Assembly (NCBI GenBank): GCA_964016885.1
Contig: OZ024760.1
Span: forward strand, 21,080,001-21,144,000
Length of the DNA: 64,000 nt
From: Eledone cirrhosa
Taxonomy: Eukaryota
Direction of reading: 5' to 3'
The notes beneath the pieces are model-generated. The model was not told the origin of the DNA. It saw nothing but the letters and a program-made list of their open reading frames with translations, and did not search any database. Shown here piece after piece: positions 24,977-38,875 of the stretch. The translations under genes were made by a program, and so were the position numbers. How positions within the stretch are numbered: the first letter of the stretch is position 1; every line of letters starts with the position of its first letter.

Positions 24977-26675
24977 TGTACCACCACCACCAACATCACA
25001 GTCACCACCACCACCACCACCACCACTTTCACCTCCACATCACCATCACCACCACTGTCACAACCACACCACCACCACCACCAACATCACAGTCACCACC
25101 ACCACCACTTTCACCTCCACACCACCATCACCACCACACCACCACCACCACCACTTTCACCTCCACATCACCATCACCACCACTGTCACAACCACACCAC
25201 CACCACCACCATCATCACAGTCACCACCACCACCACCACCACCACCACTTTCACCTCCACACCATCACCACCACTGTCACAACCACACCACCACCACCAC
25301 CAACATCACAGTCACCACCACCACCACCACCACCACTTTCACCTCCACATCACCATCACCACCACTGTCACAACCACACCACCACCACCACCAACATCAC
25401 AGTCACCACCACCACCACTTTCACCTCCACACCACCATCACCACCACACCACCACCACCACCACTTTCACCTCCACATCACCATCACCACCACTGTCACA
25501 ACCACACCACCACCACCACCATCATCACAGTCACCACCACCACCACCACCACCACCACTTTCACCTCCACACCATCACCACCACTGTCACAACCACACCA
25601 CCACCACCACCATCATCACAGTCACCACCACCACCACCACCACTTTCACCTCCACACCATCACCACCACTGTCACAACCACACCACCACCACCACCATCA
25701 TCACAGTCACCACCACCACCACCACCACCACCACCACCACTTTCACCTCCACACCATCACCACCACTGTCACAACCACACCACCACCACCACCATCATCA
25801 CAGTCACCCCCACCACCACCACCACCACTTTCACCTCCACACCATCACCACCACTGTCACCCCCCCCCCCCCCCCCACCACCACTGTCACAACCACACCA
25901 CCACCACCACTGTCACAACCACACCACCACCACCACTTTCACCCCCCCACTTTCACCTCCACACCACCACCACCACCACCACTTTCACCTCCACACCACC
26001 ACCACCACCACCACCACCACCACTTTCACCTCCACACCACCACCACCACCACCACCACCACCACCACCACCACCACCACTTTCACCTCCCCACCACCACA
26101 ACCAACAAGAACAACATCCAGACAACAATGGATGAAATGTTATTGGTGGAGGTGGGGGTTGGTGGTGGTGGTGGTGGTGGTAGTGGTGGTTATGGTGATG
26201 GTGGTGGTGGTGTTGATAGTGTTGGTGGTGGTTGTGGTGGTGTTGGTGGACGTGGGGATGGTATTGGAGATGATGGTGGTGGTCGTCGACATGTCGTAAT
26301 GACAACGATGATGATGATGATGATGGTGGTGATGGCAATGGTAGTTGTGGTGATGATGATGATGGTGGTGATGGTGGTGATGGCAATGGTAGTTGTGGTG
26401 ATGATGATGATGATGGTGGTGATGACAATGGTAGTTGTGGTGATGATGATGATGGTGGTGATGGCAATGGTAGTTGTGGTGATGATGATGATGATGGTGA
26501 TGGTGGTGATGGCAATGGTAGTTGTGGTGATGATGATGATGGTGGTGATGGTGGTGATGGCAATGGTAGTTGTGGTGATGATGATGGTGGTGGTGGTGGT
26601 AGTGGTGGTTATGATGATGATGTTGATGCCGATAATGTTGGTGGCTGTGGTGGTGGTGGTGATGATGGTGATGTG
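24977..26675. repeat. (CAC)n-rich compound repeat (24977-26100) followed by a (GGT/GAT)n repeat (26150-26675)
   Basis: Low complexity; source of the His/Pro/Thr and Val/Met ORFs. Confidence 0.95.
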
Positions 26676-27139
26676 AAGAAGGAGTAGTAGTAGTAGGAGG
26701 TGTAGGAGGGTGAATTAATGGAGGTGGGGGATGTTCTTTCACCCCCCCCCCCCCACACCCCCAACCACCCAACACATTTTTTCACTTGCCCCTATTTCTT
26801 AAGAGTACAGCTGGGGGTTTAGTAAGGTTCATATATTAGTGTGAGGGTGGGGGTGTTAAGTAAATAGAATTGTTTGGATTATTTATTCCATGATATGATT
26901 AATGTTACATCTACAGGAGAGCTTGGATGACAGTGTGTGATTGTGGGTATGTGTGGGTATGTGTATGTATGTGTTTGTTTGTGTGAGTGTATGTAGGTGT
27001 ATGTATGTGTGGGTGTATGTATGTGTGTATATTTGTGTATATTTGTGTATGTACAGTATTATAAGGCTTGGAAAAATTTTTTTTTTCCTTGTGCTATTTT
27101 AACTATAGGGGACTTTTGTGAGTTTTTAACTCAATATAT

Positions 27140-27730
27140 CATCATCATCATCATCATTTTACATCCGCTTTTCCCTGCTTCGCAAGGGTCTGACAGGTCC
27201 TATTCAGCACATCTCACCACTTGTCACGGTCCTTCGTCATCTCCTCTGTGAGCTTCAGCGATCTGATGTCTGCTCTAACCACGTCCGCCCATGTTTTTCG
27301 TGGTCTTCCTCTACTGCGTCTTCCCTCTTCCCTCCACTGGGACTTCTTGGCACTTCTTTACCCAGCGGTCATCCTCCATGCGCATCACATGTCCATACCA
27401 TCTCAGTCTTCTTTCCTGCACACCACAACTTATCCCTCTTATACACAGTTTCTCTCTCAACCCATCTATGCTTGGTCGTTCACGTACATTGACATTGCAC
27501 ATCCAACGGAGCATACTTGCTTCATTTCTCTCCAGCCGTCACATATCTTCTGCAGTTGCTGCTCATGTCTCACTACCATGCAGCATCGCGCAACTCACAC
27601 AGGCATCATTTAACCGGCTTTTCGTACACCGGAAGAAACCCTTCTATGTCCACAGATCAAGCAGCTCCCTAAACTTCTTCCTACCCGTCCTTATACAATG
27701 GCCTCAGAGCACACACCCCCTCCCATGCTA
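27140..27730 (-). mobile_element. RTE-clade LINE 3' fragment
   Basis: 'MLHGSET..', 'MLRWMCNV', 'RLRWYGHVMRMEDD'; tga-repeat tail. Confidence 0.85.
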
Positions 27731-28539
27731 ATTTGATCACCTCTTTTAATGCACATGTGTTATTTAGTCTTCTACCAAACATAGTAGTGAAGAGAATATT
27801 GATGTGGGTACCCGTTGAGAAGCACCACCCCAATTATTCTCCTCACTGAATTTTGTGAAATAGTTCTACCCATAAATTGTCCGAGTACATGATAGTTATC
27901 ATGGTAAGCTCCTTTTTCTCAATTTATCGTTTTAGAGTTCTGTGAACCAATCTATTTTAGTCAGTATTTCCTTCACCCTGGTGGTTTCTGTTCCTTGTGA
28001 TTTTAACACATATAGTTATATATCTGTGTTCATCTCTTTTTATTTAATTATAAGGGTCGGAAAAATTTTTCTCCTGGAGCTATTTTAATTATAGGGGACT
28101 ATTCTGAGTTTTTAACTCAATATATACTTTTGATATATATCATCATCATCATCACCATTTTACACCAATTCTTCCACGCTAGGATGGGTTAGATGGGTTG
28201 TCCTGTTGCGGGCAATGTTAGGTCAGCTGACCTTGTCTTGCTCACACGGGAACTGACTTTGGCTTGATTTCTACCCTTCCTAACACCAACCTCATTTACA
28301 GTGAGTGCTGGGTGCTTTTTTTCTGTGGCGCCTACACGACCATTTTACAGTGTGGGCTGGGTGCTTTTTTGTCGTGACATGTCGACAACCACTTTGCAGT
28401 GGGAGGGGATGGGGGCATATTGCCTATATGCTTCGGCTTCGGCTTGTTCCCATGGGAAGTTCTATCTTCTGTATTACTGTATGATGCCAGAGGTCACAGG
28501 CCTGTGTCATTAACGTTGAGAGTTGCAATTGGGCAAGGT

Positions 28540-28940
28540 CCGCTTTTATCACCTCATTCCCGGTCTTCTTGAGTCGCCTCACTCCAAGGCTTCCATCAAC
28601 TTTTAGTGCTCTTCACCTTTTTATGTAACTGTCATGCTTCATATGCATCACATGTCCATACCAACGCATCCTCCTCTCCTGCACACAGCATTTGATTCCT
28701 CTTATGTTCAGTCTCTCTCTCAATGCTTTGCCATTTGCGTATATTACTATTACACATCCATTGGAGCATGCAAGCTTCATTTCTTTCTAACCTACGCAAG
28801 TCTTCTACGCACAGTGCCCAGGTCTCACTACCATGTAACATTGCTGTTCGTATGCACGCATCATACAGTCTGCCTTTCATTTTGAGGGAAAAAACCCTTT
28901 GCAGCTATCAGTGGCAGTAGCTCCCTGAACTTCTTCCATC
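28540..28940 (-). mobile_element. RTE-clade LINE fragment
   Basis: 'KGRLYDACIRTAMLHGSETWAL..LRRLERNEACMLQWMCN'. Confidence 0.82.
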
Positions 28941-30002
28941 CTATATATGTATATATATCTTCTTCTTCTTCTTCACCCACTTATTCCTGAGAGGGTTGTG
29001 GGGGCAGAGTGTTCAAACACTCCTTCCAGCAGGTCCTGACAAAAACACCATCTCCAACTGATCCGGCTGGATCCCCCAAGCGTGACCCAAGCTCATGGGT
29101 GTTATCCAACCATCTTGCTCAGAGTCTACTCCTGGATCTCCTGCTGGTTGATTTTTGCTAGTAAAAGCTGTCCAGTGTAAGATCTGGAGAATCATCATCA
29201 TCGTTTAACGTCCATGTTCCACGCTTGTATGGGTTTGGAGGGGAGTTTTCCCACTTGAGGCAAGAGTGGTTGTCTTGCTTGTATAGGACTGTCTGGCGGG
29301 TTTTCTACAGCTGGATGCCCTTCCTAACACCAACCACATTTACAGTGTGGGACTGGGAGGTTTTTACCGTGTTGCCTACACGGCCACATTTACAGCGTGG
29401 ACTGTGTGTTTTTTTGTCGTGACACCTACACAATCTCATTTGTTTCGGCCTGGATGGTGTGGCACCAACATAACTTTACATTGAAGGGGGCGGTGTGGAT
29501 GGGGTGGGGGGACGGGGGGGGGGGGGGGTTATTTTGTTAGAGATGCCTACTGACTGTAGTAGGTTTTACTTTGTATTTAGGTAAGGCGGGTCTTCTCTAT
29601 TACTGAGTGCCGCCAAAGATCTCGGTCCAGTGACAAAGCCATGTCAATAATAGATCTGCCAATCTCTAAAAACCAAAATGGGGAGCACCATGAAAAAAGT
29701 GCCCCAAAACGGCAGGAAATGAGGGCAAAATGGGGAGATTTTACATAATGAAAGCTATACCCATTTTCACAAGAAAAGACATATCTCACCCATCTCAAAG
29801 TGGGTGGGAGACCTCCAGGTCAGGTGGGGATAGTTGACAGGTCTGCAATAAACTATAGATATTAAAAAGTTTTGGGTTTTTTTTCCAGAGACACATATGC
29901 AAAGTAGTTGATTAGTTGGGAAAAATAAAGCGTAAGTTTTTTTAAGTATCATGTGATTAGTTATAAATGCAAGGCGGTGTTATAGTTTATATATAAAAAA
30001 TA

Positions 30003-30187
30003 ATTGTTTCTACTTTAGGCACAAGGCCAGCAATTATCCAGTGCATTACTGGTACTTTATTTTATCGACCCCGTAAGGATGAAAGGCAAAGTCAACCTCG
30101 GCGGGATTTGAACTCAGATCATAAAGGGACGTAACTATGCTGGAAAGCATGGCGTCCGACCCTCTACCGATACTGCCAATCCACCGC
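30003..30187 (-). mobile_element. SINE family A
   Basis: Full-length reverse copy with B box gagttcaaatcc; flanked by a probable aaaaaataat TSD. Confidence 0.88.
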
Positions 30188-31146
30188 AAAAAATAATAAA
30201 TACATTTTCTACTTCCTAATGTTTTCATTTTACAGAGAAAAAGTATCTTATATTAAAAAAAATAGCAAACGTTATTAAGATGGTGTCATTGTGACAAGAC
30301 GATAGTGTAATGTAAATATGGTAGTTTGCAGCGGTGTCATATTATAATGTAAATAGGGTAGTTTGCACCGGTGTCATATTATAATGTAAATATGGAAGTT
30401 TGAAGCGGTGTCATATTATAATGTAAATATGGTAGTTTGAAGCGGTGTCATATTAAAATCATTCTCCAGTTCTTACACTGATGCCCTAGGGATATATTAG
30501 TGTTACCTAATTACATTAAAATTGTAGATGTTAATAAAATGATTTGAAGTTTCATCTTTGGTTTGTCACTTGATTTAAATTATATATTGATTGTCACTTG
30601 ATTTAAATTTATCCATTTCTTTGTGGTGACACGATAAAGTCTTTCCATCTTTCATGATCCAACATTAACTGCCTCAGTTCTTCCCTGCATGATTCTGTAT
30701 CTTCCTCAGCAACTCTGTCCAATGTCTAGGGAGGTCTTTCACCTTTGCATTTCACATTAGCAACAGGTTGTGGAGCATGTCCTTAGCGTCATGACCTGTA
30801 AGTTGAAATAGTCGCCGAAACAGTAAGAATAAAATTCGGGCACTGGGGAAAATACTTGTGTAGTGAATAAATATATTCTTTTCGGGATGAATGATAAAAA
30901 GAATATTGCCAGAATTGTGATGTTGACAATGTTTATTTTACAATAACAATATTCACTTGTTGGTACGTTGAACATCAAGTAATAAAAATTGTGACATGAA
31001 TTAGTTGACTAGCTGCTACGAGCTAGCGTAAATGCATGTAATCACAGAAAACGATATAGTAAAAGTTGTGTTGTATCTTCCAGTAGTACAATATGACAGG
31101 GAGACGGAAGAATAGATGAAGCGCAGAAGTAAACAAATTAAACTCA

Positions 31147-31181
<35 letters not shown>

Positions 31182-31689
31182 CTTAGTATACGTTATTGCC
31201 GTAGTAGTAGTAGTCGTAGTCGCTCTGTCAGGCTGGTATAAAATGTGAAAACATAGCAAACAGACTGGTTTTTCGCGAAGAGAAATTTCACAGTGTAAGT
31301 AGATCCTTCTTCTCTCGTCTGTGTTATCACTATGTCTACAAGCTGGGATCACAGGTCAAGTGTTATGTACGTCCATCATCGTTGTCTTTTGACAAGACAA
31401 TGGTGGGAACCCCCAACAATAGGTGGTCCCAGATGCTAGAACTCTTAGATTCGGTTTCGAATCTTCACCGGGTAATTTATAGGACCATTCCGTTACACTT
31501 GTATTCAAACTTTAAAAAAAAACAACCAAGATGAGACTAAGAAGGATTCTATGCTCCCCTCTCCCACCCCCAACAGGACAAAAGTCAATCGTTTAAATAT
31601 GGAAGAAGGAAGGAAATCAATCGAAAGATCTGATATCATTCGCGTACCGAGTAGGGTGGAACCTGTCAGAACGGACCGAGTTAACAATG

Positions 31690-31912
31690 TTTCCACTGGT
31701 CTTTCTAATTGCTGATACTATCTACCGGTCACAATTCCTGGCAGAAAGAGCAACGTGAAATAAAGTGTCTTGCTCAAGGATGTAATGCATTAACCAATCA
31801 GAACACCTAGTGTTCTGACTGGAGTGTCTTGCTCAAGGATGTAATGCATTAACCAATCAGAACACCTAGTGTTCTGACTGGAGTGTCTTGCTCAAGGATG
31901 TAATGCATTAAA
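31690..31912 (-). repeat. SINE family B fragment with a 59 bp tandem amplification (2.5 copies)
   Basis: agtgtcttgctcaaggatgtaatgcattaaccaatcagaacacctagtgttctgactgg repeated. Confidence 0.8.
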
Positions 31913-32439
31913 GTTTTTAAAATTTAATCTTTTTAGATAAGGTTTTTTTCTTATCTTGATATCCGAGTCACAAGTTGGGTGCGGTTTAAGATACGTATTG
32001 GTAACTATATATGGTTAAACATCTACCATATTGCTTTGATCTGTTTGTTTGTTTGTGTGTATGTGTGTGTATATGTGTGTGAGAACAAGTCATGTATCAA
32101 GAACGATTTCTCTCCAATTTTTTTTAATGTGCAGTTATTGCAGCTAAAATATTTCAGTGTAGCAGAGGAGTCAATTAGAATGTAAGAGTTTTAGAGAAGT
32201 AACGTGTAGTAGAGTTTATATCATTTATTACGAGTAAATTGTATCTTATTACTGAATGGCGAAACGGTTTTACTTTTTTTTTTTTTTTTTTACTCAAATA
32301 GATGTTTATTTAAAAAATAAAATTTAGTAAGAAAAAGTTATAAAAAAAGGGAAACAAAGGGAAAGAAAGAATAGGAAAATATATAGAAAAAAAAAATATC
32401 TAAAAAAATAAGAAAAAGAACGGGAAGGTCATGGGATGG

Positions 32440-32832
32440 CAAGAGCTCTGGTGTCGCAGAAGAGAGGGGAGGGTGATTGGGCTTTGGGCCTAGGACAAGA
32501 GGGCTGAAGTGCTGCGCCCCGCTGATAATACGGCAAAAGCATTCCCCTGGACGATGGCCAGTGATACAAGCTGCCACAGCCACCCAACCTCGCAGGGATC
32601 CCTCCTCAGACGGGGCAGCCGACGGCCCGATCTTGCGAAGGAGCTCGGCAGTATGGGGTTCAAGTACGTTTGAGGTCTCGACGGCTACCGGTGCGAAGGG
32701 GAAGCGACCGGACAAACCCAGGTATTTGTTTATTTTACGTTCTTCTGCGAGGTGGACTGCGATGCCGGGGTTTGTGGCCGAAGCGACTAAGCCGGAGGCG
32801 GAGAACATGTCGCAGCAGGTGGAGTCCCAGAT
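32440..32832 (-). mobile_element. CRE-clade LINE 3' fragment (second copy)
   Basis: 'LIWDSTCCDMFS...AEERKINKY...FAPVAVETS', homologous to 19806-20363. Confidence 0.8.
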
Positions 32833-32926
32833 AAGTGATCTTATAACGGGTTTTAGGGTCAATTCTTGGTATACATAATAGAAATCAGAAGGCATTTAGA
32901 ACATTGACTAAATCCATTATCGATGT

Positions 32927-33700
32927 TGTAACTCTATTTATTAGTTGTACATGTTGAACGGATACATTAGGTACAGGTAGTATCTACATGTGTAGGATGT
33001 AGTTTGGTCCGCTTCATTGCAAGATGGAGATGTTGTTAGCAGCGATGAGTGTAGCCTGGTCTTGTCGATAAGAGAGGTGCGTGTAGACTAATGTCTCTCT
33101 TGGTTACCTCCGCTCACCTGGTGACGTAGTTCTGGACAGTCCAATTAGTGCACCGAAGGTTTCGATTGGCTCACACTTCAGCCAACTTACCTCCGTAATA
33201 CCATTCCGCCGCAGAAGGAAAATACATTTCATTCACTGCTACATCACCCCCTGCTTAGGCTTACAGCCGACAGAGAAATAAGGGTAGCAGTTGAATGAAA
33301 GAAAAAGTACTATATAATAGTAAACACAATAAAATATATCACTGATAAAGAAATGTTCATATTACAGGAAAGTCAGAAATAGTGTAATGTTCACCTTAGT
33401 TCATACATTTAATACAAATACAAGGGCGGAGCAAACTCCAAGAAGATTGCTGTAAATAACATAGTTCATATATAAAGAGTCTTGCAAAGCTTCTTGGGCC
33501 AATGTACTCGCCGACCGCTACGTGTGGTGGTGACATATGTAGGTGTAGGTGTGTGCGATGTTATATGTGTATTGTGGCTTGGCTGATGCCAGGTGTATGT
33601 GGGGGGAAAATGGGGCTCTTGTGTGAGAGTGTCTGTATAGGCCCGTTTTACCCTGTCAATGGACACAGTCTCTTTTTTACCCCCAATGTCTAAGGTGAAT
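32927..33700 (-). mobile_element. Gypsy-type LTR retrotransposon 3' end: integrase tail, PPT and about 317 bp LTR (32927-33243)
   Basis: 'VSIDRVKRAY' and 'TTTRSGRRVHWPKKL'; on the minus strand PPT gcagggggtga is followed by TGTAGC...GTTACA with aataaa near its end. Confidence 0.78.
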
Positions 33701-34201
33701 AGCTTACCTCCTTCGAATGGGAAGAGGATGATTCCGTCGGGGAAACTGACTAGATGTTGATAGTTATCATAGTCGGTACGTATACCTTAATTTATCCTTT
33801 AGAGTTCTGTGAACCGTACTATCTTTATTATATTCGTCAGCCTGGTGGTTTTATATCCCTTATGATTTCAACACATATATATGTGTTTCTCTCTTTACTG
33901 TCTTATAAACAACTCGGAATTTCTTCCTTGAGCTTATTTGATTATAAGGGAATATTGTGAGTTTTTAACTCAACATTTTAATTTTGATATATATATATAC
34001 ATACATACATATATATATACATGCGGCATAGGTTAAGTTTAACGTCCTCGAAAATGAAACTAGGTTTTCTGACAAGTGAATGTGTTTTTTTGTTTTTTTT
34101 ACAATGAAATTTACGATACACTCTTTGTTTATTTACAACAGGTCTCTATAACTTAACCTATGCCTATACATACATATATACATACATATATACATACATA
34201 T

Positions 34202-34295
<94 letters not shown>

Positions 34296-35392
34296 GTAGG
34301 AGGTGAGTTTTATTGTGGTACAATAAAGCAATGCAGATATCGGATAAGAAGCACTCTACAGTCTGTAGGACTGGAGTATACATAATATATAAGATCAAAA
34401 GATGGTTAAATTGTTCCATGTATTTTATTATGCGCATTTATTTTTATTACTATATATATATAGTAATAAAAATAAATTTGAAGACTAAAATCCAAGGAGG
34501 GTTCGATAAGGATAAATATATATCAAATATATAAGAACCGTAGAGCAAATATTCTGAGTTTCAGAAGATCCTGTTCAGGGTAAGCAGCGATTCTTTGCTT
34601 AAACTTTAATCTGTCATTTTAATACACACACACAGACATAAATATATATATATATATATTTAACGAAGGGTATAAATAACTAATTAGATGGATATATGTG
34701 GTTATTAGAAATGATTATAACAGAGTTGTTAGATGAAATAACTATAATAATAAGTAAAAATGTAATAACGAGAATATAAAGAATAAATGATTTGGTTTAT
34801 ATATGGTTTACTTCATGTGAATCAATTAAAAAGTATATATAAAACAGTTACCAAGAGTTGTTAATTTTGTTATTGTTGTTGATGTGAAAACAGCGAGTAG
34901 ACACATTATGTTGTTGTCGTAGTAATTCTGAGACCGTAGTGAGTAAGAGAGAGTAATGGTTCGTATACCTCTGAATGGTCTGTAATTGGTTGTAGACCAC
35001 TGTGGCTTGTACATGGTCTGTAGTAGTAGTAGGGCTCCAATCTCTCTGTGTGTATCTGTAGACCTCATTTCATCTATTGATAGTGGTGAATCTTTCAATA
35101 GCTGGTTGTAAATCGTAGTGCTTCGATGTCTCTATGTTTCTGTAGACCACTCAGGTCTGTTGATAGCAGTGAATCCTTACATAATTAGTTGCTAGCGTAA
35201 TGCTCCGATGTCTCTGGCTGAAGTAGGATGGTACATGCTCTATATATAGCTGTCACTTCCTGTCTCCCAACTTGAGGGGATAGTCAACACATCAACCTGT
35301 TCACACCAAAAGGGTGTTGACCTAGAATTTAACCTTTAGGTGTCACCCAAGGTGACGAGGATAGATTTCGCTACATATATATAGTATTATAA

Positions 35393-35575
35393 TGGATTGG
35401 CAGTATCAGTAGAGGGTCGGACACCATGCTTTCCAGCATAGTTACGTCCCTTTATGATCTGAGTTCAAATCCCGCCGAGGTTGACTTTGCCTTTCATCCT
35501 TACGGGGTCGATAAAATAAAGTACCAGTAATGCACTGAGTAATTGCTGGCCTTGTGCCTAAAGTAGAAACAATTA
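35393..35575 (+). mobile_element. SINE family A
   Basis: A and B boxes and the family body. Confidence 0.88.
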
Positions 35576-35921
35576 TAATTTATAAATAAGACATACGTGC
35601 TTGCCACACGTATAACTATTGCACACACTTACTGCTTCTGACTATCCTATCGCATTAATTTCATGTTGTATTTTAACATTAATTTTAATTTTATCCTCTT
35701 TTGATATGAATGTAATCTTTAAATGCCATGCTAAATGTTATAATGGATGTCGACCCACCAGGCAACAATATATGCATATGTATCTGTATGTCTCTTGGGT
35801 TGAAAAGGAGATCATATATGTGATCATTCATTAATAAATTGCTCCGAAGAAACCAAACCTCGGTTAGGAGGAAACAATTGTAAGCATATAAATGATTTGA
35901 ACAGAACTTTGATTATTATAA

Positions 35922-35957
<36 letters not shown>

Positions 35958-36156
35958 AGTAAAGGTTAGTAAAATCGAAGTTGCGACGGTCGGCCAACAT
36001 ACGCGAAAAACCAATTCGGAGCTTGCACGAAGCACTCAATAAGAATGTATCGATAAATCGATAGGTTACATCTTAGAGTAATAAAGATATGTTAAATAGC
36101 GTGACAAATTGAAAACCGTGGTTTAGGGGACAAAGCCACAGCAAATACAATCAGGT

Positions 36157-36210
<54 letters not shown>

Positions 36211-36217
<7 letters not shown>

Positions 36218-36431
36218 TAAAATAATAGATTAAAATTTAAGCAAAGAATCGCTGCTTTCACCCTTAACGGATCTTCTGAAGATCCCGTTAAGGGTGAAAG
36301 CAACGATTCTTTGCTTAAACTTTAATCTGTTATTTTAATAAATATTTGCTCTACGGTTCTTATATATTTGATATATATTTATCCTTATCGAGCCCTCTTT
36401 GGATTTTAGTCTTCAAATTTATTATTATTAC

Positions 36432-36435
<4 letters not shown>
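36211..36435. mobile_element. Palindromic (TA)n-anchored element (arms 36211-36344) with hammerhead-like partial core; related copies at 23672-23742, 34445-34625, 36825-36940
   Basis: Reverse-complement arms; (c)(t/a)gaaga-tccc gttaa gggt-gaaa motif. Confidence 0.65.
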
Positions 36436-36489
<54 letters not shown>

Positions 36490-36567
36490 AGTAAGAATAT
36501 TTTCGAAACAGCGAGCGGGTTTGAAATTATTATAAATGTAAGCTATCGCCGTATTTTGACTAAAGGA

Positions 36568-36735
36568 ATTAAAGAAATTATTTAGCCTGATAGTGGGGTT
36601 AAGAACCCTCGGAGAAATGGAAAAAGATGAGTATTGACGTACATGGGAGTCAATACTCATCTTTTTCCATTTCAATACTCATCTTTTTCCATTTCTCCGA
36701 GGGTTCTTAACCCCACTATCAGGCTAAATAATTTC

Positions 36736-36741
<6 letters not shown>
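36568..36741. repeat. Inverted repeat with an internal duplication, abutting (TA)n
   Basis: attaaagaaattatttagcctgatagtgggg... / ...ccccactatcaggctaaataatttctttaat. Confidence 0.88.
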
Positions 36742-36820
<79 letters not shown>

Positions 36821-37159
36821 AATAATAGAAATAATAATAAATTTGAAGACTAAAATCCAAAGAGGGCTCGATAATGATAAATATATATCAAATATATAAG
36901 AACCGTAGAGCAAATATTTAATCTGTTATTTTAATAAATATATATATATAATATCGATATACTGATTAATCGATAGCAGTTATGTAACTCCATCATATTT
37001 TTTTCCATTTCAGGCAGACGCGCGCGATCATCCACTTTTCTAAAAAACAAATCATACACAAAATGCCAGCACCAACAGTTTTACAAGCGATGTCAACATG
37101 AATGGACCTGTTATTTTTTATCTAAAGACATGTTTTCCAATTCCAACCGGCCGTCCCCT

Positions 37160-37472
37160 CAATCTATTTTATTTCTCATTCTTTCTTCTGATGAAGGACT
37201 AGCGTCCGAAACGTTAAGACCCTCTTCCTGCTATATCAAGCGTTAACCTAATATACCCCTTCCATATACTGTACCGATTGTGTTGTTATTTCTGTTTACC
37301 TTTTACACACACACAAAAATATAAAATGTTTCATCATATTTGTTCACATACTATGATGAAGGACTAACGTCCGAAACATTAAGACTCTTTTCCTACTATA
37401 TCAAGTGTAAACCTAATAATATATTTCTCCATTGTATTGTGTCGTTTGATTTGTTATTTCTGTTTGCCTTTT

Positions 37473-37569
<97 letters not shown>

Positions 37570-38875
37570 GGATAACAAGTTATCGTTTAAGGTAACCCAG
37601 CTAAAGGTTATGAGTACTCTGTGTCGAGGATAGCTTTAACATACGGCGTTGTTTGACCCAACAAGAAGTTTCCTTACGCGGGTGGCCGGTTTAAGAAAGT
37701 TCCTAGGCAGGCGGTGTTTGCGTTTTGTATTTGATGTTAGGGTGTATGTTAGTAGACATACGGTGTATGTTAGTAGACATACGGTGTATGTTAGAGAAAT
37801 ACGGTGTATGTTAGTAGACATACGGTGTATGTTAGTAGACATACGGTGTATGTTAGAGAAATACGGATTCAAATCCTGCAAAAACCCACTAGGTAACACC
37901 CAACTTGGTGCCCTTGAATTTGACCTCATGAACATGATAAGTGGAATTAAATTAAAAACGTATAGGTTACAACAAATTGCAAAACAACATCAATTCACTG
38001 TTTAAAAATCTACGCAATACACACGGAATTATAGTTAAAGCGGATAAAACATCGAACGTGTACACCATGAGCCTTAATGCATACAACAACTTTATACGCT
38101 GTGAACTACACAAGAAATACAGGAAAACTAATGAAGCTATAACTCAAACCACCCTCGCCCCATAATTAATTCGATAGCTCCCAGTATATCCCCCAGAATA
38201 TCTCGCCTATCCCCGAATCTAGAAATATTCAATGAACACGCAAACTACTATAAAATCGCTTTACATAGGGCAGGCCATAAGGAGGGGTTCAAATATATAC
38301 CAGATAGAGACAGCAACTACAAGTGCAAACCTAGCGACAACTGCGCCACCCTCCCTTATAGGAATAACAAATATAGGACTAGACATAAAAATAAGCAACA
38401 GACACATGGAATAGCCACTAGTACATTAATATGGGCACCTCCGGAAACTCCAGGAAAGCCAGAATTAGGAAGTATTTGTGGTTCAATCCAATTTTAAACT
38501 CCTCTATAAGGACCAACTTACCTTCTACATTCTTTAAATTAATCGATAAGCACTTCCCTAAACTACATAAATACCATAGAATCTTTAATAGAAAAACCAT
38601 TAAACTCTCTTACTCTACTACAGCGAACATAGAATCACACATACATAAAATTAATTCTAGGAGAATCTTTAAAGACTGTAGTCTACTAACATACAAATAC
38701 AAAACGCAACCACGTAACAGCATCACAACCACACACACACCAGGATATGTCACAACAAAACACCAACAGACCCAAATCCCAGCCTGTCTCTAACAACATA
38801 TGGAACTACAACGAGGAACCTGCACGTAGGAAGGCCTCAAAATGTAACTGCCACCTACCAGATAAATGTCCACAG
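37160..38875 (+). mobile_element. Internally deleted Penelope-like element: tandem pseudo-LTRs plus ORF remnants
   Basis: 'YGFKSCKNP..LEFDLMNMISGIK', 'IIVKADKTSNVY', 'RKYLWFNP..TFFKLIDKHFP..HRIFNRKTIKLSYS', 'KCNCHLPDKCP'; RT core missing. Confidence 0.82.
37184..37219 (+). ncRNA. Minimal type I hammerhead ribozyme in a PLE pseudo-LTR (second, damaged copy at 37350-37385)
   Basis: tctt-CTGATGA-a-GGAC tagc GTCC-GAA-ACGT-T-aaga, with the palindromic stem III typical of PLE minimal hammerheads. Confidence 0.82.

Noticed and set aside
34640-35375. Possible solo LTR ending in gctaca with a TATA-like motif
   Set aside because: Could not identify the matching TG start, a TSD or a second copy.
36276-36310. 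Canonical hammerhead CTGAAGA-TCCC..GGGT-GAAA
   Set aside because: CTGAAGA arises at the palindrome junction; other copies read CAGAAGA, and no clear stem III or NUH is present. Kept only as hammerhead-like.
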